Positions 1-11,800 of a DNA stretch of 64,000 bases are shown here, piece after piece. Origin of the DNA: Raillietiella orientalis (Eukaryota); NCBI GenBank assembly GCA_036172245.1, contig JAYWIR010000024.1, positions 1,798,001-1,862,000 of the forward strand, written 5' to 3'. Position numbers and translations under genes: made by a program. Position 1 is the stretch's first letter; each line of letters starts with the position of its first letter. The notes under the pieces were generated by a model. The model worked only from the letters and a program-made list of their open reading frames with translations, did not search any database and had not been told where the DNA came from.

Positions 1-430
1 TCTTCCTCCCGAATATTCAGCAGTAGCCCGCGCCAGCGCAAAAGTTCTAGGGGTGCTTCACTAGGGGTTGCAGCGTCTGCAAGCTGACTCGTCGTCCCAG
101 TCCTTCTCTCCTGCCGAAGATCTCTATGGATCCTCCCAACTTGCCGGAATGCCGCTGTCCATGTGTTCCCTCAGGAAGGGCAGAGCTGCAGCAAGGGAGG
201 TTCTTCCTGCCTACGCACCCTTCAATAGATGTTCCAGGATCTCGCAGAGCAAGCAGCTCCTGTAAGGTCCATACAGGAATCTCTGGGCACGGGATGCAGA
301 GGGCGCCTCGCAGTGTGCAGTGATCCCTTCCTCAATTCTCTCCTCCTCCCCTCCCCTCTTCCCGAGAAAAAAATTTCCCACTCTTTTTGTTTCCTTTATT
401 TTTATTTTCTGTTTCCCTTCCCCTTCTCTG
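1..430 (+). mobile_element. 3' end (ORF2 C-terminus plus T-rich 3' UTR) of a decayed L1/Tx1-like non-LTR retrotransposon
   Basis: 270-430 aligns by eye to the reverse complement of 17920-18060 (ACAGGAA...GGATGC.GAGG...CAGTGATCC.TTCC then T-rich tract), with the stop codon at the same position (321-323). Confidence 0.6.
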
Positions 431-589
431 CTTACCACCCGGTTGCACGGGAACGTTTATTCCAAAAAACGAACAAACCATTTGGGAACTCGGTTCCCAG
501 AGAATGGAAAAGAAGTTCGATGGGGAAGGCGGCCCGACGCGCAGGTCAGGCACATTGAAAGTCCTCAACGTGAGAGAGGCAACCACAAA

Positions 590-1494
590 TAGATATAAAA
601 AATATGAAAAAAGATATGGAGCGAGTAGAGGACAGGGGTCTTTGGCTTTGGCCGTTCCATCGTTTCAGAGCTGGAGCTGAATACCCGGCTACCTCCTTCC
701 TTGTTTCTTCCTTGAGGTGAGGCCACCTAGCAGCCGTCCTCGTGTTGGCACCTGCAATGCGGGTGACCTCCCTTCGTTCTGCTTGCGTCTCCAACACGTT
801 TCGGGCCATGGCGATGGCGTAGATGCATCTAATCGTTGCGATATCCACGCCTAGCGAGAGGCTGCCACGCGTGAAGAACCACCGCATCACGTCGACGGCG
901 GTGCCCTCCAGGTGCAGGAGCACTGAAGTCACCGCCCTTGGAGGGCACCGCAGCTCAGTAGAAGGTGCGGGAGCGATTCCACCGCTCCGTGCCTTCTACA
1001 GTTCGATGAGGCAACTCCCCCGGAAACCATGTGCGTGAGCCGATTGCAATGGGGACCCCTCTCCCCTTCGCTGCCGAAGTGGACCTCGACGGTCTGCGTG
1101 CCGGCACTTGGAAGGTTCAGTGGGTCTTTTCTTTTTAGCACGTGGCAGGACCACGTGTTCTGCCACAAAAAACGTGGTTTTATTATTATTACTTTTCATG
1201 GTGAATGCCCCAGCGAAACCAGGTGAAAACCCAGTATCACTGAGATGCCACCGGTTGGGTTCGTGGGAGGCCGTTGCGAAACCCATCCAGCGGCTAAAAA
1301 TGCCTGATCCCACCGAGCGGGAATTCTAGAGGTTTTGTAAACCAACGGCCTCCGAAGTTCACGGGTTTCTCATGGCTGCCAAGAAACTTCCCAAGCATGG
1401 ACGTCGTAAACAGTCTGAAGCAGTGGAACTCCGGATGTTTCGTCCGCCCCCCCGTTTCCATCTTGGCGCATGTGGCGTTGATAAAGCATCGCAC
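590..1494 (-). mobile_element. Decayed ORF2 C-terminal region with zf-RVT motif, L1/Tx1-like element
   Basis: SNCRRHGAVESLPHLLLSCGAL (~950-1005) is homologous to NSNCARCGEQESLPHLLVDCVAL at 18.3 kb; ARWPHLKEETRKEVAG matches KWSHLGVLKQELAG; frameshifted. Confidence 0.7.
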
Positions 1495-2339
1495 TGTTCA
1501 TAGAAGATTGTGTAGAGAGGCGAACTCCTTATCTTCTTATTAAAATATTTTGATGTTTAAATTGTGGTTGCCGTAGGTGCAGCGGCAACTCGTTTGAGTA
1601 TTCCACTGCAAGTCACAGGCTTTTCCAACGTTCTCTTTTCACTGTAGCGGTAATGAGATGTTTGTAGGTGCGGCGCTCTCCTTCCAAACGTGTCGAACAC
1701 GTGCAAAAGTGGCTTCGTAACACAAATGTCACGTGGCCAACAATCCATTCTATTTGTGTGCTATGGAATCCCAAGATGAAGAGACGTCACGTATGTTGTA
1801 CGTGTTCTGTGCTATAGTGGGCATCAACACCTCGTGCTATGTTAAACTATTAGGTGTGTATTGTATTATTTTTATCTATTCTTTCATTCAATGTAATAAT
1901 AGTAATAGCCAATTCCCAAATATTAGAATGATGAGATTTTAGGGGGGGGGGGAGGGAAAATCGCGGATTTTCGAAGGCGGGATTCCATCGACTCCTGTTG
2001 GCAACCCTGATTACTAGCGTTCCGCAAAGGACCGTGCCCCGTATCAGGAGGGTTAAGGGTAAGAGGAGCACACCGGTTCCCCTTATCTCTCCCGGTGTTC
2101 TCCGGCCATCTCTTGGTCGCTTGCTGGACCCCACGAAAGTCTGCTTGAAGGACGCTCGCACTCCGCCTCGCTTCCCCTGGAGCTCCAGAGAAAGCTCGGG
2201 CAGCTGCAACACTCGCGCGCAACCATGACCCTAGTGACGCGGTCAGTTTGGGGAAGGAGAGAGAGGGGAAGGGCAAGCGTTCTCGCAGGAACCGGCTACA
2301 GGCGAGCGCCATCCATTCGAGAAGGAGAAGGGTCGATAA

Positions 2340-2630
2340 GTGGGTAGATGGAGCCATTCCGGGAGACCACGCACTTCCACTGACGCTCACGGGATACGGG
2401 AGGTGTCCTCTTCAGCTCTGGGTCCTTACGGGGCCATCCTCAGGCGGGCCGAAGTGGAGGCAAAGTTGTCCCCTCTCATCCTCTCCCCCTTCCAGCGGTC
2501 AACCGGGACGCGACGATGCTGCACGCACAACTCAACGTTGGAACTGCGGCGAGTGCCCACCCCACGCAGAGGTGCCTACCGGCAGAGGGCAGACCGCCGC
2601 CACATGTGAGGACCCAATGCACCACTGCGC
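2340..2630 (+). mobile_element. Decayed ORF1 (RRM plus zinc knuckles) of an L1/Tx1-like element
   Basis: SALGPYGAILRR...RSTGTRR (RRM-type LxxYGxV...TGxRR) followed in another frame by WNCGE..HAE.P and GQTAATC knuckle relics. Confidence 0.55.
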
Positions 2631-2929
2631 TTCCGAAGAGCCCCTCAGAGGACTCTCCGAGTCATCCCCTCTGGGAAAGGTCTGAGAGCTACGGCCGCAA
2701 TTCGGAAGTCGAGGGGGTGGATGGTCACTTCCTCGAGGTCCGGCTCCAGGATGAATAGTGAGGGTGCTGCTGCAGCCCATTCTCCCAAAAGAGTTACGCT
2801 GCCCTACACCAACCTGCCACTCGACTTTTGGGAGAGAAACACCATCAAGGGGTGACCCCTCGGCCCTTCTTATATCGTCTGGCTAGTGCTGCGTAGAAGC
2901 GTAGGAGGGTGCGTGTCCCCGCGCCGTAG

Positions 2930-3380
2930 AGAGTGCCCAGGAGCGTCGAATGGACGAAGGAGAGTAAACGCCGGCACAAATTCGTTCGGCGGAGCACAAA
3001 GGCCGGGGTGACACTGACCTCATGCTCCGGAGACACAGGCAGCCATCTCTTCCTCGTCCGCCAGCGCGCACTTGGTGCGCTGGAAAGCGGTCCGCGGGTG
3101 AGGTCTGCTTCGGCGGGGGGTTTGCCCACGTCGGCGTCCTCAGCAGGAGGGCTCCGGGGCGTGCGAGGCAGTTCATCCGCGCGAAACGCTCCAGGGACCA
3201 CGCGGGACGGGGCTCTGAGATCGCCCAGCGCCTCGGCCTCCGTGGGCAAGGGAGGCGGGCGGCGGAGGGTCTTCCCGGGCTGCGAGCCCGTCCGCGCTCT
3301 CGACTACCAGTACGGGCGGCATCGGACCGCGCGCCGCTCCTCCTGCCATGGGGAGGGAGTGACCACGCACCCCTGCGACC
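2930..3380 (+). mobile_element. Second decayed ORF1 fragment
   Basis: VRALDYQYGRHRTARRSSCHGEGVTTHPC resembles VxYxGQPRTCxxCxxxGHxxxxC. Confidence 0.35.
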
Positions 3381-5859
3381 CATCCTCCACCCTCCTTTGT
3401 CTTCCGCCCGCGGTCGCCTCCAGCTGGCGCGGCGATAGGGTTGCCGTCCGTGCGGGGGTTTGGCTCACTCCTGCGGCGCGATGCCGAGGAGTGTTTCCGC
3501 GGTGGCTGGCATCCTCCAGGCAGAGAGGACAGCCTTGCGCCCAAGGGCACAGAAGCGCCTTTCAGTCGGCGTCTCCGTCGAGAAGGGCGCGGAGGCAGGG
3601 AGCGACACGCCGAGGAGAAGGACTGGCGGCGGGACTCGCAGGATGGCGCGGCCGAGGGTGGGAGAGCAGTGGAGTACGAAGGGAGGGGCCTGGAGAGGGA
3701 TAAAGGTGGGTGGGGAGACAAGATGTGGGAAGAGAATCGCTAAGGTAGTAGAAGACTGGGTGAGTGAGGGCAATGGTACTATGGAGAGGGTAAAATGAAG
3801 GGGAATATTTGAGGGCAGGAGCAGAGAGACAAAAGAAAGGGATGGGTGTGATTCTTTCACCTCACCGATGAGGTCACAATGGCTGCTGGGAGACTTCGCT
3901 CTTTCCAAGAGGCAGCAACGTGCTGTTTCCTAGAAGTCCCCTCCTACACCCTCCCCTTTAGAAAGAAGAGTAGATCTTGTACGAAGAGAGCACGGAAGGA
4001 TAAGAAGCTGATGGATATAGAAGATAAAGGGAGCAGGAACCTGATTCTTTGAAATGGAGGCTGTTGATGTGGTTACGAAAAGCATAGGCCAACGGAAGCC
4101 ATTTCACGGGGTTTGTTTGGGTTATTGGTTCCTTCCTCTCTCTCTCTCTCTCTCTCTATTCCATTTTCTGCGTATTTTTTTGGAGATTTCGAGGTTTTGG
4201 AGGTTCAGGCGCCTTCTAGCAATGCCCCTGTACCAGTGCTTATTCAAGGCCTTCGTAGATAACTGAGGACTCGCGCCGAAAAGAGAAAAAGCCAACGGGT
4301 TGGTTCGTGAAGCTTAGGGAGCGTCATCTCTGTTGCGAACAGCAAAAAGATTTTGAGTTCTACTATCCTCTACAGATGGCAGAAGGAAGCTTACGTAGGA
4401 GGTGCTACAGTGCTTGCCCGTGGAGGAGTCATTCGCTTTCAACAGGAGAAATGACGCGTTGCGTCTCCTGTCCAAGCTTTTCGCTGCCCCTCACTCATGC
4501 ATATTCAGGGGGAGAGGAGATAGGAGGGCCGGCGTCTCGAGAGGATTGATCTTATCGGAATGAGGCAACGGGAGGAGAAATGAGCCCGTGATGGCCGCAG
4601 CCAGGATGTGGAGAAGGGCGGTCGTGTAGCGCTCAGAGGGACGGCATCCGCAGGAGCGCCCGCCACCCCTCGTTCCGAGCTTCCCCTTTCCTTCCTTCCT
4701 ATGCTCCTTCTTCTTCCCGCCCCCAAAATTCCCTCCCTCTACTCCCCCCTTTCCCTCCCAACTGGGCTCCCCGGATCCTCTTCTGCGAATTTCTGGCCCC
4801 GTGATGAGGAGTTTGGAACGCGAAGCTGTTGCCAGGGAGACCTTGGGTTCCGTTGTAAGTTGCTGCAACAGTTGCTAGCGGTCGTTGAAGACAGAGAGGT
4901 GCCCCCCCTCCCCTAGTGGCGAGTGACCTGGAACCACCTGCATGGGGCGGACATCCGGACTGCATCGTCCTTTCCTCTGGGCAGCCGGGGGAGGCGCGCG
5001 AGCAGCTTCGTCTGCCCCACGAAGCACCCGAGGGGACTTGTGCGCTTCGTAGGCGACGCCCCCAAACCATTATCCCCCCTCCCCTTCCCCTAGTTCGGGA
5101 AGGGAAAGGAAGCTCTGATCCCTCCGTCCTGTGTTGTCACCTTCCTCCGCCACCCTCCCTGCAGCTCGCAGGTTTCTTCTCCTTTCCTGCACAGTTTTCT
5201 TGGCAGGACGGCCTCAGAGAGGGATGGCCGCGCTGGGCGATTGGCCTCGGTCCCCAGGGAGCATCCTTGAACGCATGGGGTGGCTGCTTCCGCTGCTGGC
5301 GCGCGTCCTGGGAGATCACAGGGGCGCGCGCCCTTCCTCCGGAGCCCCGTGGACCCCCCCTTGCCCGCTCCCCCTTCCTAGTTCCCTGCCGTCCCCTGGG
5401 AGACCCCAGGTTCTTGCATTCCCTTCCCGCTCGGGGGCGTTCCGTGGGCCTGTAAAGACTGTGGACTCAGTAGGGGAGGGGAGGAGGACCCTTTCCCAGT
5501 CCGCTTGCAGACTCCCTCGAGGAACAGAGGGGACCACGAGCGACGATCGCCTCCGGCGCCGAGCCGAAGGCGCAGGGATGGGAGGACTGTAGGGGTGAAG
5601 GAGGAGGGGGGGAATCCGGGAAAGCGGCAACGAGGGAACCTCCGAAGCCCGGAGCGGACTCGGCACAGCCTGGGAAGCTGGAAGATGGGTCGGCCGGCGG
5701 GCGGGGAGCTAGGCGTTCGCGTGGGACGACCGGGGAGGTGTCCTGCCCGCTCACGGGATCGAAGCGATCCCCACCCGAGTTCTCCCCGGGTCACCGCGGT
5801 CCCGCGGCAGCCGTCGGCAGCAGCAGCCAACGCCGTTTCCACGGGAGCATTCCCCGGTC

Positions 5860-6400
5860 GTCGTCGTCGGCTGGACGGCAGCTCGCGATGTGCGCGTGCG
5901 CGCGACGCACGCTGCTCGCAGTTATCGAGTGCCCGCCGCCATTTCCTCGCAAGTCAGTCCTGCCCTGAGCCCGTGCCAGGTGTGCTTTCGGAGCAGTCCG
6001 TTTCTAGAGCGCCCGGCGTGGTTCGAGGTGGTCGGTCGCCGTTCCTGGAATCCACGGTACGTTTGCTACTGGTCCGTGAACGCTGAATCGTCTGTTTCCC
6101 CCGGGGCGGGGCAGTTCGTCAGCACCACCCGTCGCCTCCCCGTCGTTCGGTCGCGACGAGGGTGAGCGCTCGTCCCGTCCGTCCACCGAATCTTCCCGTT
6201 CGGACCGCAAGACGGGGAGTTGCGCCGCAAGGTGTGTTTGCTGCCCATCCCGATCTCCCCTCGGTTCGCGCACCACCGGGAGCTGACGTCCGTGGTGGGT
6301 TCGGTGCGCGCGCGCGCAGTGGATGTTTTGCGCTCTGGAGGGCCTAACTCTTCCCGGCCCCGATCCAAGGCGACGAACGACGCAGCGGTCATGGCGGCAT
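5860..6400 (-). mobile_element. Decayed ORF1 fragment
   Basis: GPNGKIRW...RTTGRRRVVL then HIASC knuckle relic on the minus strand. Confidence 0.45.
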
Positions 6401-8303
6401 CCGGGGCGCGTAGGGTGAGCGTTCCCTAGCCTGAGGCCGAGCAGGCAACCAACGCTCCTGTGCACCGGAGTGCTCCCCGAAGAAGAGGAAGCCCCGGGGA
6501 CAGCGGCCGGTTGCAATGGCCGACTCCTCGCAAGGCTTCCCGCCAGGAGCGCTCTCGGGAGAACCGGCACGCCACCGTGAGGTCTGATCGCGTGAAGCAG
6601 ACATCCCGCCGCACACATGCGAAGAAGAACGAGGTTTTCCTTCTTCCTCTTTTCTTTCAGCATCTGCAGCGGCGAGCGTGATTTGCAATCAACGCTTTTG
6701 TTTCTGGGTCTGTGCCGGGAGTTTCTCCTGGCTATCGGTAATCCCGAAGGTCGTTCCATGTGGAATCGGTGAATACTCGTAGCGGGAATCCCACGGGACG
6801 AGCCGATGGCGGAGAGGCCTTTGAATTTCCGCACGCGAAGATTGAGTCCTCCAGGAGAGAGAGAGAGAGAGGGGGGGGGGGAGACCGGTTCGCAGATCAC
6901 ACACGTCCTGGACGCAGCCCGTGCCCCTGTGATGATCACGGTATGGGAATGGGTCGCTGCTGCTGGGCCGCCGGTGGACCAGCTTTTTTCCGGGGAGTTT
7001 CGCCACGTGTTGGCGCTGAATCATCGCAATGAAGAATCTGCTGCCCAGCGTTCCTTCGAGCCCTGTCGCCTCCCACATGGTGCAGTCCCGTCAGCACGCG
7101 GACATCGCGGGAGCTCTGGGAGTGAAGATGAAAGCCACAAATATCCACTGATCCTATGTTCCCCAAGCTCATACATTTGCCTCTTTTACAGTAGGTTAAC
7201 CAAAGGTCTGCAAGAGACCCCATTCTTCCACAAGTGAATCATCAGCAACTGATTGTCACTCCACAACGCCATCATCCGATTCCAGCAGATTCCGTGGTCG
7301 CAGGCTTCTCAATCTCTGTTGAGTCGGTGTGAAGCCATCAGGGCTTTTTTGATCTCTCTCGTCCCGCACGGATGCTTGTCTCCCGGTCTTCCTGCCACTT
7401 TGCTTAAACTTCGGAAAACTGACGCTCAGCTGCTGCAGCGGAAGCGTTTTTTTTTTTTTTTTTTTCCTTTTTTTTGCGCCTTCAGTCAAGTCGCAGCGTG
7501 CGCAGCCACTCCTAACTGAAGAAAGTTTGTGTGCTCCCAATTAAAAACAGGACCCTGCAGTGATTCAAATCATTGTGCAGTGTTGCCACACACGTCCCTG
7601 ATAAAGTATCACCGTTAAAATTAAGGTTCTGCGCAACCATTAATTGACTCTGCCACAAGTTCCTTTTGCCTGGTTGCTCCCACCCATTTATTTTTCCTTC
7701 CTCCTTCCTGCTTTGCAAAGACTACAAGTGTGCTTTTGTCATGTGATCTTTGCCGATCCGATCTACACCCCGATGCTGCTCCGCCATGTTAGTAGTGCTC
7801 CTCCCCCCCTTTTAACCGTTCCTTTTTCTGATAAAAGGAAAGCCAAAAAAAAAAAAAAAAACACTTTTCTCTCGGGCAGTGTCTGTCAGCGTTTGTTGGA
7901 TTTTTGCAGCGTTCGCGAACACGAAGTGTCCGTCGTCTCCTGAGCCGTCCTTATGTTCTTGCATTTCGTGCTCGTGTTTCACAACACCTTTGAACAGCCC
8001 CCGTGCTCGAGACAGGGTTCCCAGCGAGAATAAAAAATTACAATTTCCAAGCTTCTTTTTCATTCAGGTGTCGCCTCTTTTTTCTTTCAACCTCGCACGA
8101 CGACGCTTTCTACGTGCCGTGTCGCCCCCCCCCTCCCCATCCGAAGGCGCAGAGGGGCACATTCCTTCCTTCCTTCCTCCCATCCCTATTGCTTTCGGAG
8201 AAGGACAACTCTGCCATTTCCGCGTGAGTCAGAAATGGCAGAGTCGGTCGCAGTGCTTCGGAATGGAAGGAGGGAGGATGCGGGTTCCTGATGAGTTTCT
8301 TCC

Positions 8304-8341
<38 letters not shown>

Positions 8342-9514
8342 AGCAAGATTACTTGATTTGACCGTCCCATTGCACCTAGTCGTTTTAATTTGCCCCAAAA
8401 GTATCGATCAAGGATAGATTTGTGGGCAAGCAGGTCCTCTGCAAACGGCCGCAATAAAGGGAACCGATGCGGCCAGTGGGTGATATCTGTGGCAACGGTG
8501 GAAGCAACACATGATTACGTTGCCTAGCGAATTTCCTCCGCGATGGGGGCCGCGTTAAGGAACTGCCACTGCAAGTGGTTGCCTGGCTCCTCGGTCCGTG
8601 ATCCCACGAGGCGCTCCGGGTTCCGGCTTGCAAGGAAAGTCGGAAGAGGAGTAATGGAATTCAGAAAGTCCAATAAGTGAGGAAAACAAGATTGATTGGT
8701 GGTGATTGCGTGACTAACAACAGCACCGACGCAATATTCTTTAACAGCAGTTCCGGAATACGGAAAAAGTGGGATATCTTCGATAAGCGCAGGCCAGCGT
8801 CTTTCATTAACTCGGATTCAATTTGCTCTCCATTTCCGGTTTGCGGACGTCTTGAAAATTCTTGTTGCTCGAATTTGTTTCCGCCAAAATGAAAATTCTT
8901 CGCGTGGTCACCAATATTTCTCTCTCTCTCTCTCTGTCTCGTCTGCGTTACGAGAGTCGCTTACCATGATAAAGTTTGTAAATCGATTCAGGATATTCGT
9001 TCTCCTGGAAAGAGTCCTTCGAAGAAGGGAAAAGAAAATTCGTATTTCGTTTTTTTTTTTCCCTCCCCGCCCCCACTCCCATCCCTCCCTTCTGCGTTAC
9101 TTTATACAAGCCGTAGCAGGATGCATCGGAAGGCGAGAAGAAGGTTTTCCTTCGTTTTTACGTTTCCGGGATGAATTGCTCCAAAGTTCGGCCAGGACCC
9201 TCCTTCCTCCAGAAGAATCTCGCGGCATCACCTGGAATGCTGTCAAGAGCCTCAACCGGTTCAGACCGGTTTTTGCAAAGCATTGCGGACCTATGGAAAG
9301 TTCGCCCTGCGAAGGGATATTCGGAGAATTTATGGAGAAAAAAAAAAAAAAAAAGGAGACGATCGATTTGGTGCATGCATTTTCGGATCGGCGGAGTTTC
9401 CCCAGATCTGCTCCTCTCAGCGCTGGTTTCGACGCAGCCGGGCAAAGTCTGTCGTTACGTTCTCTTCGGCGTAAATCCCAGCAGATAAGCAGCGCGCACA
9501 GTGTTTGTCCGGAA

Positions 9515-10160
9515 AGCCGTCGGAGGCCGCACGGCTGCGGTGTATCCGCGCGTGCTACCAGGCGTCGCGGGTTCGAACCCCAACCGCGGGAGGCATATGT
9601 ACCCCGAGAAAGGCAGGGCGTCGTGGGCTTTCGAGCCCCTCCTCCGGTTGATCTATTCGGATGCGGCACTGGGGAAGCCGGGAGGCCTCCGTCGACGGGC
9701 CGCCGGGATGGGAAGTTGATCTTCCGAGGTCTCTTCCAGGAGCCCTTGGGGGTTTCCCCTCTGCTTGTGAAAATGGAGCTGTCCCCCCTTCGGGAAGGGG
9801 GGAGGGGACTCTCCATCGCGTTCCATGGAGCTGGTTGATGTCTCTCCAGAGTGTCAAGAAGCGCTGCTCCCTTCGGGGAGCGCCCATCAGGGAAATTTGG
9901 GAGCGTCCCCTTCGGGTGTTCTCTGCGGAGAAGAGAAATTCAGGAGCGGATCTTTTCCGGGTTCCCTTCGGAGAAGAAGCAGGAGTGACCTCCTCCTGAG
10001 GGGTTCCTCCGGAGAGAATAAGAAAGAGGTTTCCCTCCCAGGCGTCAAAGGGAACGGACTTCCTTCCTCAGGAGCCTTCCTGGATTCATTGGGTGGTCCC
10101 TTCACGGGTAGTGCACCCCCCTCAACTTTGAAGAGTTAACACGCACCCCTGGGTAGTGTG
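9515..10160 (+). mobile_element. tRNA-headed SINE-like repeat, copy A (empty site)
   Basis: B-box GGTTCGAACCC 9570-9580; body collinear with the copies at 15.7-16.0, 17.7-19.0 and 56.1-57.3 kb (GGGAT.GGAAGTTGA, ATGGAG.TGGTTGA, CCTTCCTGGATTCAT, GAAGAGTTAACACG). Confidence 0.7.
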
Positions 10161-10749
10161 GGCAGTGTGTTTAAAGAGGGCTTCAGGAGCCCCCAGGAGG
10201 CGGTTCTTGGCGGCAAGTGGCGGAACCGAAAAAAAAAGGGAAGACCCGAAAAAAAAAATAAAAAAAAGCTGGAAAGAAAACAGGGAAATAAGAGGAACCC
10301 AAAAAGGGAATCATCATTCCGTCTTCCCGTGGGTCGGTCGCTCCTGACCTTTTTTTTTTTAAAAAAAGAAAAAAAGAAAAAAGAAAACAAAAAAGAAAGG
10401 GGTCATAGGACAAGCCGTTTCTCAGCCAAAGAATTCACCAACTGCCACCCGATCCGCAGCAGCATGTTGCCCACTGGCAGAGGGCGCATTCCTTTTTGCA
10501 TATGCAGTTGTTTCTGATTTGGGAAGAGCGTTGCAGACGGATTCGGATCTGGAGGTCGCTCAAGCCGACTGCGAGCAGAAGGATGCGGTGCGATTCCCGC
10601 TTCCTTGAAAAGATGGCACCTCGGTGCACACGGGCAGGTTTCTGCGAAGATCGGAAGGGATCAGGATAAAACTCCGGTGAAGAGGATCCCCAAACCGCCC
10701 GCTCCTTTAAACCGGGAAAGGAGGAGGGAGAGTTCGACACACATGCTGT

Positions 10750-11800
10750 GACCTTTTCAAAGCTAGGGCAGGGCGGTGCATCGGCTCGAATTCCGTCTGT
10801 GAGCAGCCCAATAGGCATGGAGAAATCGTCAGAGGAAGCCTTGCTTAAATGGATTGGCGCCTCATGGGAGTTTCTTGCAAAATCTAGTTACAGAGGAAAG
10901 GTGAAAGTGACGTGCGTGATATATAGTTTTCCTATCATCCCTATCCCTCACCTTCCACCTTGTTCCGAGAAAAGAGGATGCAGAGAGGGCTGTTCCGCTG
11001 ACCGAATCCAAATTCAAAAGTCTCGGGCGAGATAGCAGTGCAGTGGGCGACAAATTAGCAAAACTTTGGATGGACGAGAGAAGGACCTCATTAAGAAGCG
11101 GTTTCGCCGCTTCTGCAAGAACTGGAGAAACGGTTTCTCCAAGGGTTCTCGAGTCTTGAGGGAAGGGGAGAGGAAGGGAATGGGAGCCAAAGTCCCCGAA
11201 CGGGAAGCTCGGATGCAGTGTAGGGGTCAGGAGCCACAAAGGAGGCGCCTCCATAAATCTAAGGCAGTGATACGAATGGCCCCGTTGCGCCGTCTCCACT
11301 GTTTGTCGATTTATCATCGAGGAGGAAGATGCCAATTCGGATCGAATCTCTTTGCGCCGCCGAGGAAGAGGGGTTTTGCACAGGAAGGGGTGACTGCACC
11401 ATCACCGACCAGAACGCAGCGCTGGCTCCACTTTCACGTCGATGGCGATTCCTCACTTCGAAGCGAACGCCAGGTGCTTCGAGAAAGGAAGACAAAAAGA
11501 CAAGACACCGTTTTTTAAATTGCCTTTTCCGGTCCGGACCGGCGCTGCAGAGTGGTTCAAGGATTGCCGGGGAGGCTAAACGCGTGATTTATGCAAGGCA
11601 TCACGTAGTTTCCAAATTCCTTTGCTCGTCGTGCCATTCCAAAACGGTGCCAACGGCGGTTGGATGCCCCTTCGTTGTCCTGATCGAAAACTGCCCGGGT
11701 TGCGAAGTCTCTCTCGCGGCTGTGCAGGCTCCGGGCAGAGCGCACACCGACGAAGTTCAGGAGAACCTCGATCGGGGAAGCTGCGGTACTGAACTCATCC
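10750..11800 (+). mobile_element. Highly decayed ORF2 fragment (end of APE and APE-RT linker)
   Basis: ASARIPSVS (SRIDRIYVS-like), DLIKKRFRRFCK, KAVIRMAP (GAxIRSR-like) and HTDEVQENL (TxEEVxxAL-like) occur in the expected order. Confidence 0.35.

Noticed and set aside
6936..7440. piggyBac transposase relic (LGNIGSVDICGF resembling LSVDExM)
   Set aside because: A single weak motif with no other catalytic motifs and no TIRs.
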